A DNA stretch of 61,527 bases, counting the filler, from Asterionella formosa (taxonomy: Eukaryota): NCBI GenBank assembly GCA_002256025.1. It is 20 parts of 20 records of this genome, joined end to end, with 100 filler letters (N's around TTAATTAATTAA, not from the genome) between each part and the next. Parts side by side here need not be neighbours in the genome. Positions count along the whole stretch, not along the records: positions 24,731 to 27,714 come from NKIB01014593.1; positions 27,815 to 30,797 come from NKIB01014594.1; positions 30,898 to 33,878 come from NKIB01014595.1; positions 33,979 to 36,954 come from NKIB01014597.1; positions 37,055 to 40,030 come from NKIB01014598.1; 15 more parts are not named here. One strand, given 5' to 3'. The notes under the pieces are model-generated. The model was not told the DNA's origin, made no database searches, and was given only the letters and a program-made list of their open reading frames with translations. The position numbers and the translations under genes were made by a program. Each line of letters opens with the position of its first letter. Position 1 is the stretch's first letter. Positions 25,560 to 37,343 of this stretch are shown one piece after another.

Positions 25560-27430
25560 CAGCAGGAGAGTGACTTTTTGGCGTAATTGCCTTTGAAGCC
25601 TTCAATAAATCTGGCTTAGATCTCTATCAAGTTATGTCCCCGAAACAACAGGATGAATTTGGCTTGTTATTATCTAGTGCAACAATGGGGAAACCTTTCT
25701 ACACCGCAAAATTAGAGGACGCCTGGATCGCACTCAGATTGACCCAGGATCGGTCCCAAGAGCTTGCTTTGGCACAATTTCTTAGAGGATTTTTGTCGAG
25801 AAGCATCCATAAAGAAACAAAAACCGAGGGAAACAGTGCTGAAGACAATTAAAGAAGCAGAATATATGACACTCGATTACGAAGACACGCACAGGGTTAG
25901 GGTTATGACGCGACCGGCGAAATAACGCAATTCCGAAGAGTTACTGATCCAGTACTAATGTTTCACCATCTGCTTCAGAGCAACATCGAACATTTTGCCC
26001 AAGCCGGCCACTTATACTCCCTGCTTTGTAAATGGAATCTTCGGACAACACCTCCTACCATTTCAGCAAAATTCATTCTCGGAATCTATCCTTCAAGTAA
26101 AGTACAGTAGATCTCACGCAGTTCGACTCAGACGAGGCCACTTTAGCCTGCATTTCAGAAATGAATTACCCAGCAGGGGAGGATGGGTCCTCACTGGTCC
26201 CGTTGGCAATTTCCCCACAGGAATTTCAAAAGGAATTTCAGCTGACCTCAGAAAAGTCATCTTCTTCCCCCAGCGGTTGCCACTTAGGCCATTAGAAGAC
26301 CGTACTGAAAGATGATATTCTATGCTTGATTTACTCAACTCTCATGTTGGTCCCATTCGAATATGGCTTCGTTCTCCTCCTTGTCGTGGGGCGACATTCC
26401 TACTCAACAAGACATGGGTTGCGAGTCATTTAGCCACAGCCATTAAAGAAGCGTCACATAGAACTGATCTTGTGAGATATATCATGGAACGAGACGGATG
26501 GGAGTCGCCCGAAATCTTTGATATGATATACTAGTGGGAAACCGGACATCGCACTGACAAGACAATCAAATAAGGCGAACATACGAAAAATTTTAAAACT
26601 TGAAATCGATTTATTTGCGACAATGAAGAGACAACCTCACTATGGGAAATTGAATGACGGCCGATACCCTCATTGTGGGAAATTCAATGAAGACTTCGAC
26701 CATATTCTCAGATGTCCACACAATCACCAGGAAAGTGCGACAAACCAAGATAAAATTATGGACAAAATTGATGGCGCCTTCACGAATTATATTCATGTCC
26801 ATATGTGATTAACACCTTTGAAATAGGTCTTAATATATGGTTTGCCAATGGTTCCATACGGTGGGATGGTGAATTCTGACAAGTGATTATTTAATTGGCC
26901 AGGCTGCCTTTCAAGCCTTTCTGAATCAACAAGACATAGGCTGGAACCAAGCTGTCAGGGGAAGGATCAGCTGTCAATGGGGAATTGCAAACTTGTTGTA
27001 TTTTAAAAGTAGAGGGTTAGCAGAGGAGGAGTTTTGAGCAGAACAGTGGACCATAAACCTGGTGTCTACGTTGTGGCAATATGGGGTCGATTTCTGGAGG
27101 GCAAGGAAACAGTATTTGTATGGAGACACTGACAAACAGCAAGCAGAAATTTTACGCCAGGATTTGGATACTTTGATTACCTATTTATATGATAGCTAGT
27201 ATGAAAGACATGATCAACCTGTGAGAGTTGGCGTTGTTTCTGCTTCCTCTACTAGTTCACCAGAAACACCACACATTGGGACAAAAATTTTATGGGTGAA
27301 AATAGTGAATATTTCAATTCAGGGTTGGCATAAAGAAGGTGGTATTACACTGGGAGATGGAGCTTGGCTCCGCCTAGTGCATCAGATTGAATGGCTAGTG
27401 GAACATTGGCTGAGGGTTTGTTTATGACAT
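25560..27430 (+). mobile_element. Degenerate non-LTR retrotransposon ORF2 3' region
   Basis: YIMERDGW, a PHCG..EDFDHILRC zinc knuckle, and QQDIGWNQAVRGRISCQW...WTINLVSTLWQY..DFWRAR C-terminal motifs. Confidence 0.72.
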
Positions 27431-27532
27431 GAGCTCACATAGTAGCCTCTTTGTGCTGCTCTCGAAGGCCCAAGTGCGATTTTTTGGTTTAGATATAGAG
27501 TACTCTAAAATTTTATTTACCTCCTCATTTCA

Positions 27533-27714
27533 GACGCCATTTACAGCACTTTTTCGAATTGCTGTCTAAAGTGACATATTTATGCTGCTTTTCTAAAATA
27601 TTATGTTTTTCTTCAAAAATTATGTTACTTCATCCATAATTTATTCAGGTTTAAAAAAATCTATTTCACTTATCGAATAATTATGTGTGCTCATGACAAT
27701 ATATGTTGACCAAC
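27533..27714 (+). mobile_element. PIF/Harbinger-like terminus (family Y)
   Basis: TCA|GACGCCATTTACAGCAC... aligns with TAA|GACGCCGTTTACGGCAC at 57405; homology begins at a TNA trinucleotide in both copies. Confidence 0.7.
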
Positions 27715-28293
27715 NNNNNNNNNNNNNNNNNNNNNNNNNNNNNNNNNNNNNNNNNNNNTTAATTAATTAANNNNNNNNNNNNNNNNNNNNNNNNNNNNNN
27801 NNNNNNNNNNNNNNATTCAACTTGATGGAAACTGTGAAGTGGTTGGAATGCAACAACTGCGAGATCATCACGTAGTCATATTTTGCAAAATTGGCACCAC
27901 TACTAATGTTGGTTTTGATGGAGGGTTCGACGAGGGGAATGGTATTATGCCTTTCGAGATTGAAGTTGAGTATCAGTTCTGTATCATCCTCATGCATGTT
28001 CCAACAAGACAAGAGATTCATCGAATTTTTGTGCTGGCAGGTGATTCATTGTTGTATGGAATTTTTCCTTTGCATCATACTCCATTTTGTTTTGCAGCTG
28101 ATGGCAACACTATTGGGGTGGGTGTCTCGTGGAAGGGTGTCATCATCACAGGATCAACTGTGAGAGAGCTTGGAGAACATTACGGCCTCGGTGATGGATT
28201 ACTTGTGAAGTTAAATAGAAAGAGAAACAAAAAGTCGAACCGTAAGCGTAACATCAAAAGCAAGGCAAAGCAAGATGGATTCGCTAGAGGGAT

Positions 28294-28422
28294 GTCAATG
28301 CAAGGATGAAATGTATTGTTGTGAGCAGAATGGTTAGTCAATGCAAGGATGAGATGTATTGTTGTGAGCAGAATGGTTAGTCAATGCAAGGATGAGATGT
28401 ATTGTTGTGAGCAGAATGGTTA
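28294..28422 (+). repeat. 43-bp tandem repeat, 3 copies
   Basis: gtcaatgcaaggatgaRatgtattgttgtgagcagaatggtta at 28294, 28337 and 28380. Confidence 0.95.
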
Positions 28423-28543
28423 GGAATGCTGATTATTCATTCGAGCCGGTAGAATCCAGTTTTGACGTCCTGGTTGCCCACTATTAGAGATGGGCGATTG
28501 TCTTCACGCGATACAAACTTCAATTCAGAAAAAATCAAATTAG

Positions 28544-28695
28544 AGTGGGATAAAGGATGACGGAATCCCTCGTGTCTTTGACTGGTAGTGCTTATTGAAA
28601 GTCTTTCATGTAAACACAAGTGGGATAAAGAATGACGGAATCCCTCGTGTCTTTGACTGGTAGTGCATATTGATAGACCTTCATGTAAACACAAG
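28544..28695 (+). repeat. 75-bp tandem repeat, 2 copies
   Basis: agtgggataaagRatgacggaatccctcgtg...catgtaaacaca at 28544 and 28619. Confidence 0.92.
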
Positions 28696-29387
28696 AACAT
28701 GACTAGATGGAGGAACTGGTGATCGACAGTTGCCTGGACAGTTGAATGGTAAAAGGATTCTAGTCGTTGCCTGGTCCTACATACCAATGAAGAAAGCTCT
28801 TATTTTTGCCTTCCTACGGAGGTAGTGAACATAAACATATCATTTCATCAAGCCGAGTAGAGTCACTCGACTAGTGTATGCTTAGAACCAGCATGTGGGT
28901 CTGCGTTTTGTTGCAGCTTTGGATCAAAATAGCTAAAGGAAGCACAATAATTATTCTCTGCAACACGGAAATCGTTGATGAGCGGATGACAATACGAAGT
29001 GTAACACATGTAAAGAACTAGTTCTTGTTGACCGGCCCTAACGCCAACACATTCTTTGTAGGTACCTCTGGTCCCATCCACGGTGATGGCGTCTGTACCC
29101 ATCATCGCTCCAAGTTATTACTGTGCATATCAGATGAGGCGCTTTTTATAATTCCCAGCCCATTCTTCGATTTCCATGGGGCAATGTATGCTTGAGTGCG
29201 GCACAGTGTTCAGTGAACGTCTTCGATCCCAATCCATATTGACCTATTTAAATAAGGATATCATAGGGCGTCACGATTGGTGAATAAACAACAGAAAACT
29301 CTCCAGTTAAAGTGTGCAACGTGGTCGATCCTTTCTATTTTGAGTATAAATTCATTCAGACTTGCTTCAATTTTTTTTTTACAAAAT

Positions 29388-29768
29388 CTAAACTTCATCT
29401 TCGTGAAGGATCATATTCGGAATGCCCTCCTTCACCGGAAATTTTCTCCCAGTATCTGGACAAACCAAGTGTCCTTCTATCAAATGCACATCAAAGAGCA
29501 CCCTGTGTAAATTCATCAAAGTTGTGTCGTCCAAGTCCCTATCTAAAGGCATTTCTGTCGGTAGGTCCGGAAGGCTGCATTTCGTCGATAGCTGCTGAGC
29601 CGCTCTAAGTAAACAAGGATAATCAAGTTTCGGTATCATTTTGAGTAGAAGTGCCTTGTCTAAAGGAGATTCTTCAACGACCACTTCGTCCGGTTCAATG
29701 ATCAAAGGGTAGCCTTTTGTAGTTCCCTTGACGTTGGATTGCAAATAGTTGTGTGTGAGTAATCTCAT
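29388..29768 (-). CDS. TRM112: Methyltransferase activator Trm112
   Basis: MRLLTHNYL start and EGHLVCPDTGRKFPVKEGIPNMILHEDEV end; intact 126 aa. Confidence 0.96.
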   Translation of the reverse strand: MRLLTHNYLQSNVKGTTKGYPLIIEPDEVVVEESPLDKALLLKMIPKLDYPCLLRAAQQLSTKCSLPDLPTEMPLDRDLDDTTLMNLHRVLFDVHLIEGHLVCPDTGRKFPVKEGIPNMILHEDEV

Positions 29769-30216
29769 GATGGTGCCTTCGAATGAATGAAAGTTTAGTA
29801 ATTGTGAAGTTTGGGTACGATGGAACCTGGTTCCTTGGTACCAGGTACCAGGTACCAGTTAAAAATGGATTTGATTTTCGAATGGCTTTGAGTCACTGGG
29901 CGCGCTCTGATAATAAAAAATTATTATATCATGTGTGTATTTTAACACAAATTATTTTGGTGATCTGCTACATAATATCGTCCTTGCGCTTTGATAATAG
30001 AGATATCTTAGATTACTTCTCTGACATAACATATATTTTTAACTTTAATTTTCAACAGCTAAATTTTCATATCGATGCATCCTCTTGTATGCTATGCCAC
30101 CTCTTGTTCATTATATGCATGAGTTCTATATATTCATCATCGTCGGTCACTGACCATGTCGACTTTCATCTCATCTCATCTCATCTCCTGATGATGATGA
30201 TGATGATGATGACATT

Positions 30217-30797
30217 ATGATCACATTGCTACTGTTAGCAATGTGCTATCCACCAGTAAATAGGACGCCATTATTCAGGGAAAGTTTGACTGTTGATGAG
30301 GTCAGAAGAAGAAGTGGCAAAATCCGTCGCCACGCACTACAGCATCCATTATTGAGTCCATTCTGGACTTTGTTCAACAGCAAGCATGATGATGCTCTGA
30401 TTACCTTGTGTGGGTTTGACCATGCTTCTTTCGAGCTCCTACACCAGCGGTTCAAACCTTGTTTTTATTCCTTTACTCCCTGTAGGAAAAATACGGATTT
30501 CATTGTTACAAATTCAACAACAAAGAAAGGTCGGCAAAGATACCCCTGTTCCATCAGTTGTCTAGCGCTTGGGTTAGCATGGACCAGGACTCGTGGTTCC
30601 TATATGATTCTTCAGATTATTTTCGGATTAACTCATGGTTCTTTGAGTGTTTGGTTGAGGTTTTCAAGGCAAATGATTGTAAAGTACTACTGACACACAA
30701 AGATGCCGTTGTGAGACTGCCTACTGCAGACGAAGCCACCTTGTTTGCAACCATGATCAATCAGAAATACCCACTTATAACAAATTGTTGGGGAGCA
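30217..30797 (+). mobile_element. PIF/Harbinger (DDE_Tnp_4-type) transposase N-terminal half, frameshifted
   Basis: ALITLCGFDHASF, CLALGLAWTRTRGS...IFGLT and, after a frameshift near 30682, LPT..E....I..KYP....WGA leading toward the first catalytic Asp at the contig end. Confidence 0.78.
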
Positions 30798-31288
30798 NNN
30801 NNNNNNNNNNNNNNNNNNNNNNNNNNNNNNNNNNNNNNNNNTTAATTAATTAANNNNNNNNNNNNNNNNNNNNNNNNNNNNNNNNNNNNNNNNNNNNGTT
30901 GTCTTATCATTGAAGTCATTGCCGTAGCAGTGGACTAGTTGACAGACATACATCATTTTGCCATTGGCAAAGGTTTTCACCTTTTGCTCGAATGTGCCAC
31001 AGGTATCATCATTTAAAGCTCACTCAATTCGGAGGCTGTTAATGGATAGCTGCAGGTGTTAATTTTGCTACTATAGCCTAGTTTTTTTGTTGCCTTCTTT
31101 GCAATATCCTAGGAAGAGGCCATGGTTTGTCATCGTCATCACTACTACTACTACTTTACAAATTAAGGAAGAAGTCAGGGTTTTCTTCATATCCTTCTGC
31201 TATGCTGGAAGAAAAGTGCTACAGAGCCAAGCAAGTATCAATACTTCTTGGACCAAGGAAGATGAAAGGTAAGTAAACAGATTGTATA

Positions 31289-32384
31289 TGTCTGCAAAAA
31301 ACCCATCATATTCCTATGATGCATCACAGGATTATGATCATCTGATCATATTTTTTTGTTAAATAATTAAATAATTTTGATAAATGCCCTGGTAATTGAA
31401 ATGGTAACCCTTTTGACTATGGATATTTAATTACAATATGTATTGTTTCTATTAGGATCCTTCATTAATATTTCTTGATAAGATAATGTACCAGCTAAAG
31501 TAATGTGGTTTGGTTCATCATCCTCTCCAGTCCTCATTCCGATTATTGCAAAAACGATAAAACAGCCATGTCGAGAGGAACGAGTGTTTGTGATAAAATC
31601 TTCATTTGTTGTTCAAGTCATCATATGTCTTTGATGAATCATCATCTACAGTGCACAGTATGTTTGTACGCAATCTGTTAAGAACTTGAAAAGAAATCCA
31701 ATGAAAACGAAATGGCTCATCAAATCGCTCATCACACAACACAAATATTTCCGGTCTGTCACTGGAGCATCGATCAGTGTTACAACCTCAATCATAGCTA
31801 AACAACATCCATTATAGAACAGGACAATCTACTTCTACTAGTATCCCACCTGATTATGGTGTCTCCTAATCTAATGGCAAATATGCAACAGCAAAAGAGT
31901 GGTGCCATGTTATATCGCATAATCCTACTACTATGCCTGCACTAATAAATCGTTTTTTGGTAGTGACTTGTTAGAAGGTTTAATTGGTGCAACTCCATTT
32001 GAGGTTCTTTATCAATAATAATTAAGTACATTTTGGAATCATTGTACAATTATTGGACTATCCCTGAAGAATGGACATGGTTTAAAAAAAAGAAAGTCAC
32101 CAGATATTCCAGAGAACATCTCTGATCAGAAGCAAAGCACTGAAAGAACAACAGACACTGCTATTCTTCTTGATCAAGAGCAACCAAAGAAATGGGCTAA
32201 GACCAAAATGGACACATGCACCAGTTACCAAAAATATCTACACTGGCAAAAATCAAGACCCATCACTTGTACCATTTATCATATTTTTGATCCAACACTC
32301 TAGTAATATATATGAAAAAATCCTGTACCACTTAGCATACGATACCCTTGATCCTATATGCATGATAGTTTTTATTTGCAGACG
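31289..32384 (+). mobile_element. Non-autonomous Plavaka-like element with both TIRs, flanked by TA/TA
   Basis: Left end (T)GTCTGCAAAAAACCCATCAT, right end ATGATAGTTTTTATTTGCAGACG. The internal part 31850..32275 aligns with the transposase pieces of contig 40131..43105. Confidence 0.8.
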
Positions 32385-32790
32385 TATCACAAAAATTTAG
32401 TTGGGATAATATTTGTGTCATGCTTGCGTATTTACAGTAAATTTAATCAGTGACAATGGATATGATACACACTGATCACCGGCTGTATCATTGATACGGT
32501 CTTGGTCAGGGGTCCAAAAACTGTATCAGTGATACACCTATGATACCACACTGGTTATCAGGCCGAAAATCCCGTTGTGATACAAACCGCCATTTTGAAG
32601 GTACATTTTTAGTAACGATGTTTACCGGCATTTCATATAGGTATTATACAAACTGTTAGGGTTAAAAAAAGAACGACCCTAAAAGCCATGCAGGATACAT
32701 AGGTACCGGTACTACTGTACGGAGTCCAAACTTGGTCGAGTTCGCGGAGTCATACAATAATTTGATCACAGTTGTGATACCGATTTGTCA
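32385..32790. repeat. Region rich in TGATAC/GTATCA motifs, probably a subterminal region of another element
   Basis: gtatcattgatac and gtatcagtgatac palindromes plus several single TGATAC copies. Confidence 0.4.
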
Positions 32791-32805
32791 ATGGGTACCA
32801 CACTA

Positions 32806-33878
32806 CCACTTAAAAACTGTAAGCCACCGCTACGGCGACTTTTGAACTGTAAGCCACCGCTAAACGGAGTAAACGCACGGTTTGAACTTAGTTTACAAGA
32901 TACGCTATTTATTGTCACGAACGAGTTGTTCAGATTTATATAGCGAGTAAATACTTCCGTACTTGTATTGTTGCATTGTGTACATTGTTAATTAGGTATT
33001 ATCGCCCAAAGGTTGCTGTCGACGTGAAATTGCGAAAATTGGATATTTTCACGTTTACTCGATTGAGCAAGCATCACCTTTTATATACGTATGCAGGTAT
33101 GAGAATATTCCTCCTCTAGAAAACTAATTTAGTATCCTCTAAAATTTATTTAATATGACTACGACGGCATTGCGCTTTCGCTCGTGCGCCATAATAAAGA
33201 GATAATTTCATTAATGGAAAACGTCAAATAGGAATTCCTGGTGCGCCCGAATTATGAGTACAAAAATTAAATGCAAACATACAACAATCACCCATCACCC
33301 ATCACCCATCACAACACCAACACCATGACCTCGAAAGCGCCTCGACAAGGCAATGCCTTGCCTCGAAAGAAATTGTCTCCTGAAGAGTTGGTCAGTGTTC
33401 AGTTTTGTCTTAACAATGTGATTAGGGAGCTATAAGCTAAGAAGGCTAAGAATGGTGGAAAAATGCCTTATGGTGCTATTTCTAGGACAGTATCAGCTAA
33501 GCAATGCATTTTCCCTTGGATATCTGTTAACCAAGTGAAGAATGAACTAAAACAAAGTGCTAAACTAGAAGTTAAGTCTAGTACTACTAGTATGTATACT
33601 ACTTCTGGTTCGTCCCTCTTTCAGCCATCAACTGCAACCATGGTGTCTACATTGACACCTGACCATTGTGGCCCTACTAAACCCCAACTCTTGAATGCTG
33701 ATGGCAGCTTTGCCTTGTTATTTCCCAGTAATCTCATTCATAATTCATATAAAATTGTCGAGGAGGAAGAAGATGACAACAATGAAGGTGTGAGTGAGCA
33801 TTATGATAGTCAGTTTACAATGATGGGCACTTTGGCATATGAAACTGGAAACAATGGTGTGCTTACCTGGGGAAGTTT
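32806..33878 (+). mobile_element. 5' part of a pogo/Tc2-like (Tc1/mariner) element
   Basis: TA|CCAC start; 18-bp direct repeats aactgtaagccaccgcta at 32815 and 32845; disrupted ORF from 33325 with NGGKMPYGAIS...FPWISVNQVK, recalled from diatom DDE_1 transposase N-termini. No catalytic domain is in the window. Confidence 0.5.
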
Positions 33879-34098
33879 NNNNNNNNNNNNNNNNNNNNNN
33901 NNNNNNNNNNNNNNNNNNNNNNTTAATTAATTAANNNNNNNNNNNNNNNNNNNNNNNNNNNNNNNNNNNNNNNNNNNNAGTTCCAGAGATCACATCAGAA
34001 CAAGGGGATGTCATGACTTTGACTTAAGAATTTGAGGCAGAAACTCTCAAAAAAGCAATCTTCCAACATTGTCATAAGCACTTTTGGAAAACATTCAG

Positions 34099-35957
34099 CA
34101 CTTAAGGATATGAAGCAATCGTACCCCATACAGGTGGTGGAGTACTCAATTGCTAATCGTATTGATGATGAGGCAGCGTTCGCATGGTGGGTGCCGACTC
34201 TTCTAAAGAAACGGGACCGAGTCCTAGAAAAGGTAAAGTCTAAGTATTGGCAGCGAACTCATAAATACGGTATACGGATACCGAAGTCCGTCGAAGAGGC
34301 GTTAACGATTGATAAAGCCAATGGCAACACATTATGGTGGGACGCCATCTGCAAGGAAACGAAAAACGTGCGACCGGCATTTGAAAAGTGGGAAAAGCGA
34401 GAGGGAGACCTTCCGCCAGGGTACCAAAAGATAAGGTGTCATTTCGTGTTCGACATCAAAATGGGCGAAAACTTTCGGCGTAAGGCGAGACTAGTTGCTG
34501 ACGGCAGCCGGACGGAAACGCCCGCAGCCCTGACGTATTCGTCAGTTGTGTCGAGGGACTCAGTGCGCATTGCCTTATTGGTTGCTTCATTGAACGACTT
34601 ACAACTTCTTGCTTGCGATATTCAAAACGCTTATCTAACCGCAGATTGCAGATAGAAAATTTACATAATTGCAGGGCCGGAATTTGGGTCGGAAGCGGGA
34701 GCTACCATGGTGGTGAAGAAAGCGCTGTATGGGCTCAAATCTAGCGGTGCGGCATTCAGAGCGCATCTCGCAGAAACCCTCCATGATTTGGGTTACTTGC
34801 CCACGAAAGGGGACCCTGATGTATGAATTCGACCGGCAGTAAAACCGGATGGGTTTGAGTATTACGAAATGATTCTTGTATATGTTGATGACATTCTTTG
34901 CATTTCAGCGCAGCCTCGAGCGACTATGAGCGGGATACAGTCGACCTTCAGATTGAAGGATGATAAAGTCGAGAAGCCGGAAAATTATCTGGGAGCCCAG
35001 GTAATGCAGAAAATAGTCGGCGGAGTTGAGTGTTGGGCCATGACTTCCGAGCAGTATGTCCAGGCAGCCATCGCCAACGTATAGTTCAAACTCGACGAGT
35101 CGGGTCAGCGGCTTCCAACGAGGTGCACTACCCCATTGCAGGGGAATTATAGACCGGAACTGGATATTTCTGCCGAACTCAAGATTGAAGGCGTGAGATA
35201 CTACCAGGAATTGATCGGCGTGCTCCGCTGGGCAGTGGAGCTTGGACGAATAGACATTGCTATGGAAGTTTCTATGTTATCTACTCACCTAGCGTTGCCG
35301 AGGAGCGGACACTTACAACAGGTATATCACATTTTCGGATATTTGAAAGCGAAACCCAAGAGGACGTTGATCTTTGATCCGACACACCCCGATATAAACG
35401 AGTCCAGGTTTGTTAAATGCGATTGGCACGACTTTTACAGGGGAGCGCAGGAGTCTATTCCAGGGGACGCACCCAAGCCCAGAGGTAACGTTGTAACTAC
35501 TCACTGTTTTGTGGATGCGGATCATGCAGGGAATAGGGTGACGAGGCGCTCGCAGACCGGGATACTGATTTTTGTGAATCGGGCTTCAATTATATGGTAC
35601 AGTAAGCGACAGAACACTGTCGAGACATCGACGTTTGGTAGCGAATTTGTGACTTTGAAGATCTCGGTCGAACTGATCGAGGCATTGAGGTATAAGCTGA
35701 GACTGTTTGGAATCCCAATCGATGGACCGACTAACGTTTTCTGCGACAACGAGGCGGTGACGAAGAACACGATTCATTCAGAATCGACTTTGAAAAAGAA
35801 ACATAATGCGATAGCGTATCACAGAGCGAGAGAAGCTGTGGCGGCAGGGATGATTCGGGTAACGAAGGAAGATGGAAAGACTAATTTGGCTGATGTGCTG
35901 ACGAAGCCATTACCCCAAATTACACGAGAGTATTTGTGCGACAAGTTCATGTATTGA
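34099..35957 (+). mobile_element. Ty1/copia (CoDi-type) pol RT-RNase H, young but with three in-frame stops
   Basis: RKARLVA, YSSVVSRDSVRI, CDIQNAYL, KALYGLKSSG, LVYVDD, FVDADHAG, STFGSEF and NLADVLTK in one frame. Stops at 34653, 34824 and 35082. Confidence 0.95.
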
Positions 35958-36113
35958 TGGCTGTTGGATCACAGTGGGTCGAAGATTGAAGCCAAGGTTC
36001 ATCGTGATGTCACAACCTATGACACCGGTTACCTCCTGGGCACGCAATGACGTGTGGCACCGAATCCAGGTCGATGTTTAGTGGTATATTTGTTTGGTTT
36101 CACCTCCCATGTA

Positions 36114-36294
36114 TTCGAGGGGACTGAACGAATATTGCAGTGCAGTGTGGGCGCGTGGATGAACGTACCGTGTCATACGGTACAGGGGACTAACTAGTCG
36201 TTAGAGTGTTTTAGCGATAGTACAGCGTGCAAGCTTGGAGCAGCGAATGCGCTAGAACGGCGTAGGTTTATATATCTTTAAGTCTATCTTTTCA
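36114..36294 (+). mobile_element. Polypurine tract and 3' LTR (36125..36294)
   Basis: TTCGAGGGGAC followed by TGAA...TTCA, 170 bp, downstream of the pol stop. Confidence 0.75.
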
Positions 36295-36329
36295 ACCTTT
36301 ATCTTTCTTTCCTTGTGCACCATGTAAGT

Positions 36330-36640
36330 TGTTCTGCCGACAACACTAGCGTATTTATTCGGAGGACTTCATAGCCAGAGTCACAGACCTGTCCAATGCT
36401 GAGTAAAGAACAATTGTGAAGACCAGGGACAATGCGAACATGCCTGGCAGCAGGGAAAAGCATGGGTAAATCTAACTCAGCCTCATGAGTAGAAGTAACA
36501 TGGTGACCATTAAGAAATTGAATGGTAATAGGCGTAGTGGTGGTTCGTGCTTTGATGACAGGGAGATCAACGGTGGCGGAATTTCCAGAACTAACAGAAA
36601 AAGCAATAAGCGTAATGGGGGGACAAGTAAGCAAAGTAGA
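36330..36640 (-). mobile_element. Older copia protease-region remnant beside the young copia
   Basis: PITIQFLNGHHVTSTHEAELDLP..AARHVRIVPGL..SLLSIGQVCDSG. Confidence 0.75.
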
Positions 36641-36907
36641 TAAGCTTGTGTTATTAGTATTAACAATGTCAACTTGCTCCCCTTGATATCAGGCAGGTGG
36701 CGTAGGCAGTGTGCGGTTGGTATGGGTACCATCGGTTGGTATGGGTACCATCGCTGAAGATATGGACGCTGCCGCCCATGCATTGATCAAGTGTGGCATG
36801 AATCTGATGACCAGAAGAGGGATGGTTATAGGTGGCACTGGTGTGGTTGGGGTGCTTGGTGAGACAATGAGTCCAACAATATCCTAATTGTACATTGTTG
36901 TATACAT

Positions 36908-36954
36908 CGTCTGCAAATAAAAAGTATCATGCATATAGGATCAAGGGTATCATA
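36908..36954 (-). mobile_element. Plavaka-like terminus B
   Basis: cgtctgcaaataaaaagtatcatgcatataggatcaagggtatc is the reverse complement of 32341..32384 with one mismatch. Confidence 0.85.
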
Positions 36955-37343
36955 NNNNNNNNNNNNNNNNNNNNNNNNNNNNNNNNNNNNNNNNNNNNTT
37001 AATTAATTAANNNNNNNNNNNNNNNNNNNNNNNNNNNNNNNNNNNNNNNNNNNNACGACATGGAAAATACAATCGTAAAAGAAGTAAAGTAATAACACTA
37101 ATAATGACAACGAAAATTGAGATCGCCGATAACAACATGAAGTCGCGTTTTTCTTGCGAGGTGAAGAACTCTCTCATTTTTCACAAGACGGAAATAATTG
37201 TCATATTAATACATCTTAGAAAAATGTGCGCTATCCTGTAGAACTAAAGAAATTTACTTAGGTCCATTATAAGGGAAATCTCTTCATTGTCCTGGGCCCC
37301 CCTTAAGTAAAATCAGTCAAATTCAGTCACGGCAGTGTACATT

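Noticed and set aside
25894..25905. Telomeric TTAGGG repeat (also a similar stretch near 51972)
   Set aside because: Only about two units, internal to the contig.
34653..35084. Stop-codon reassignment or readthrough (TAG twice where Glu is expected, TGA where Trp is expected)
   Set aside because: CAPZA and TRM112 end at TAG right after their conserved C-termini; single substitutions in a dead copy explain the stops.
36026..36070. Canonical HDV-like ribozyme
   Set aside because: Only 6 nt lie between the hairpin and CGAA, too few for P1, P1.1 and P4; kept only as a generic pseudoknot candidate.
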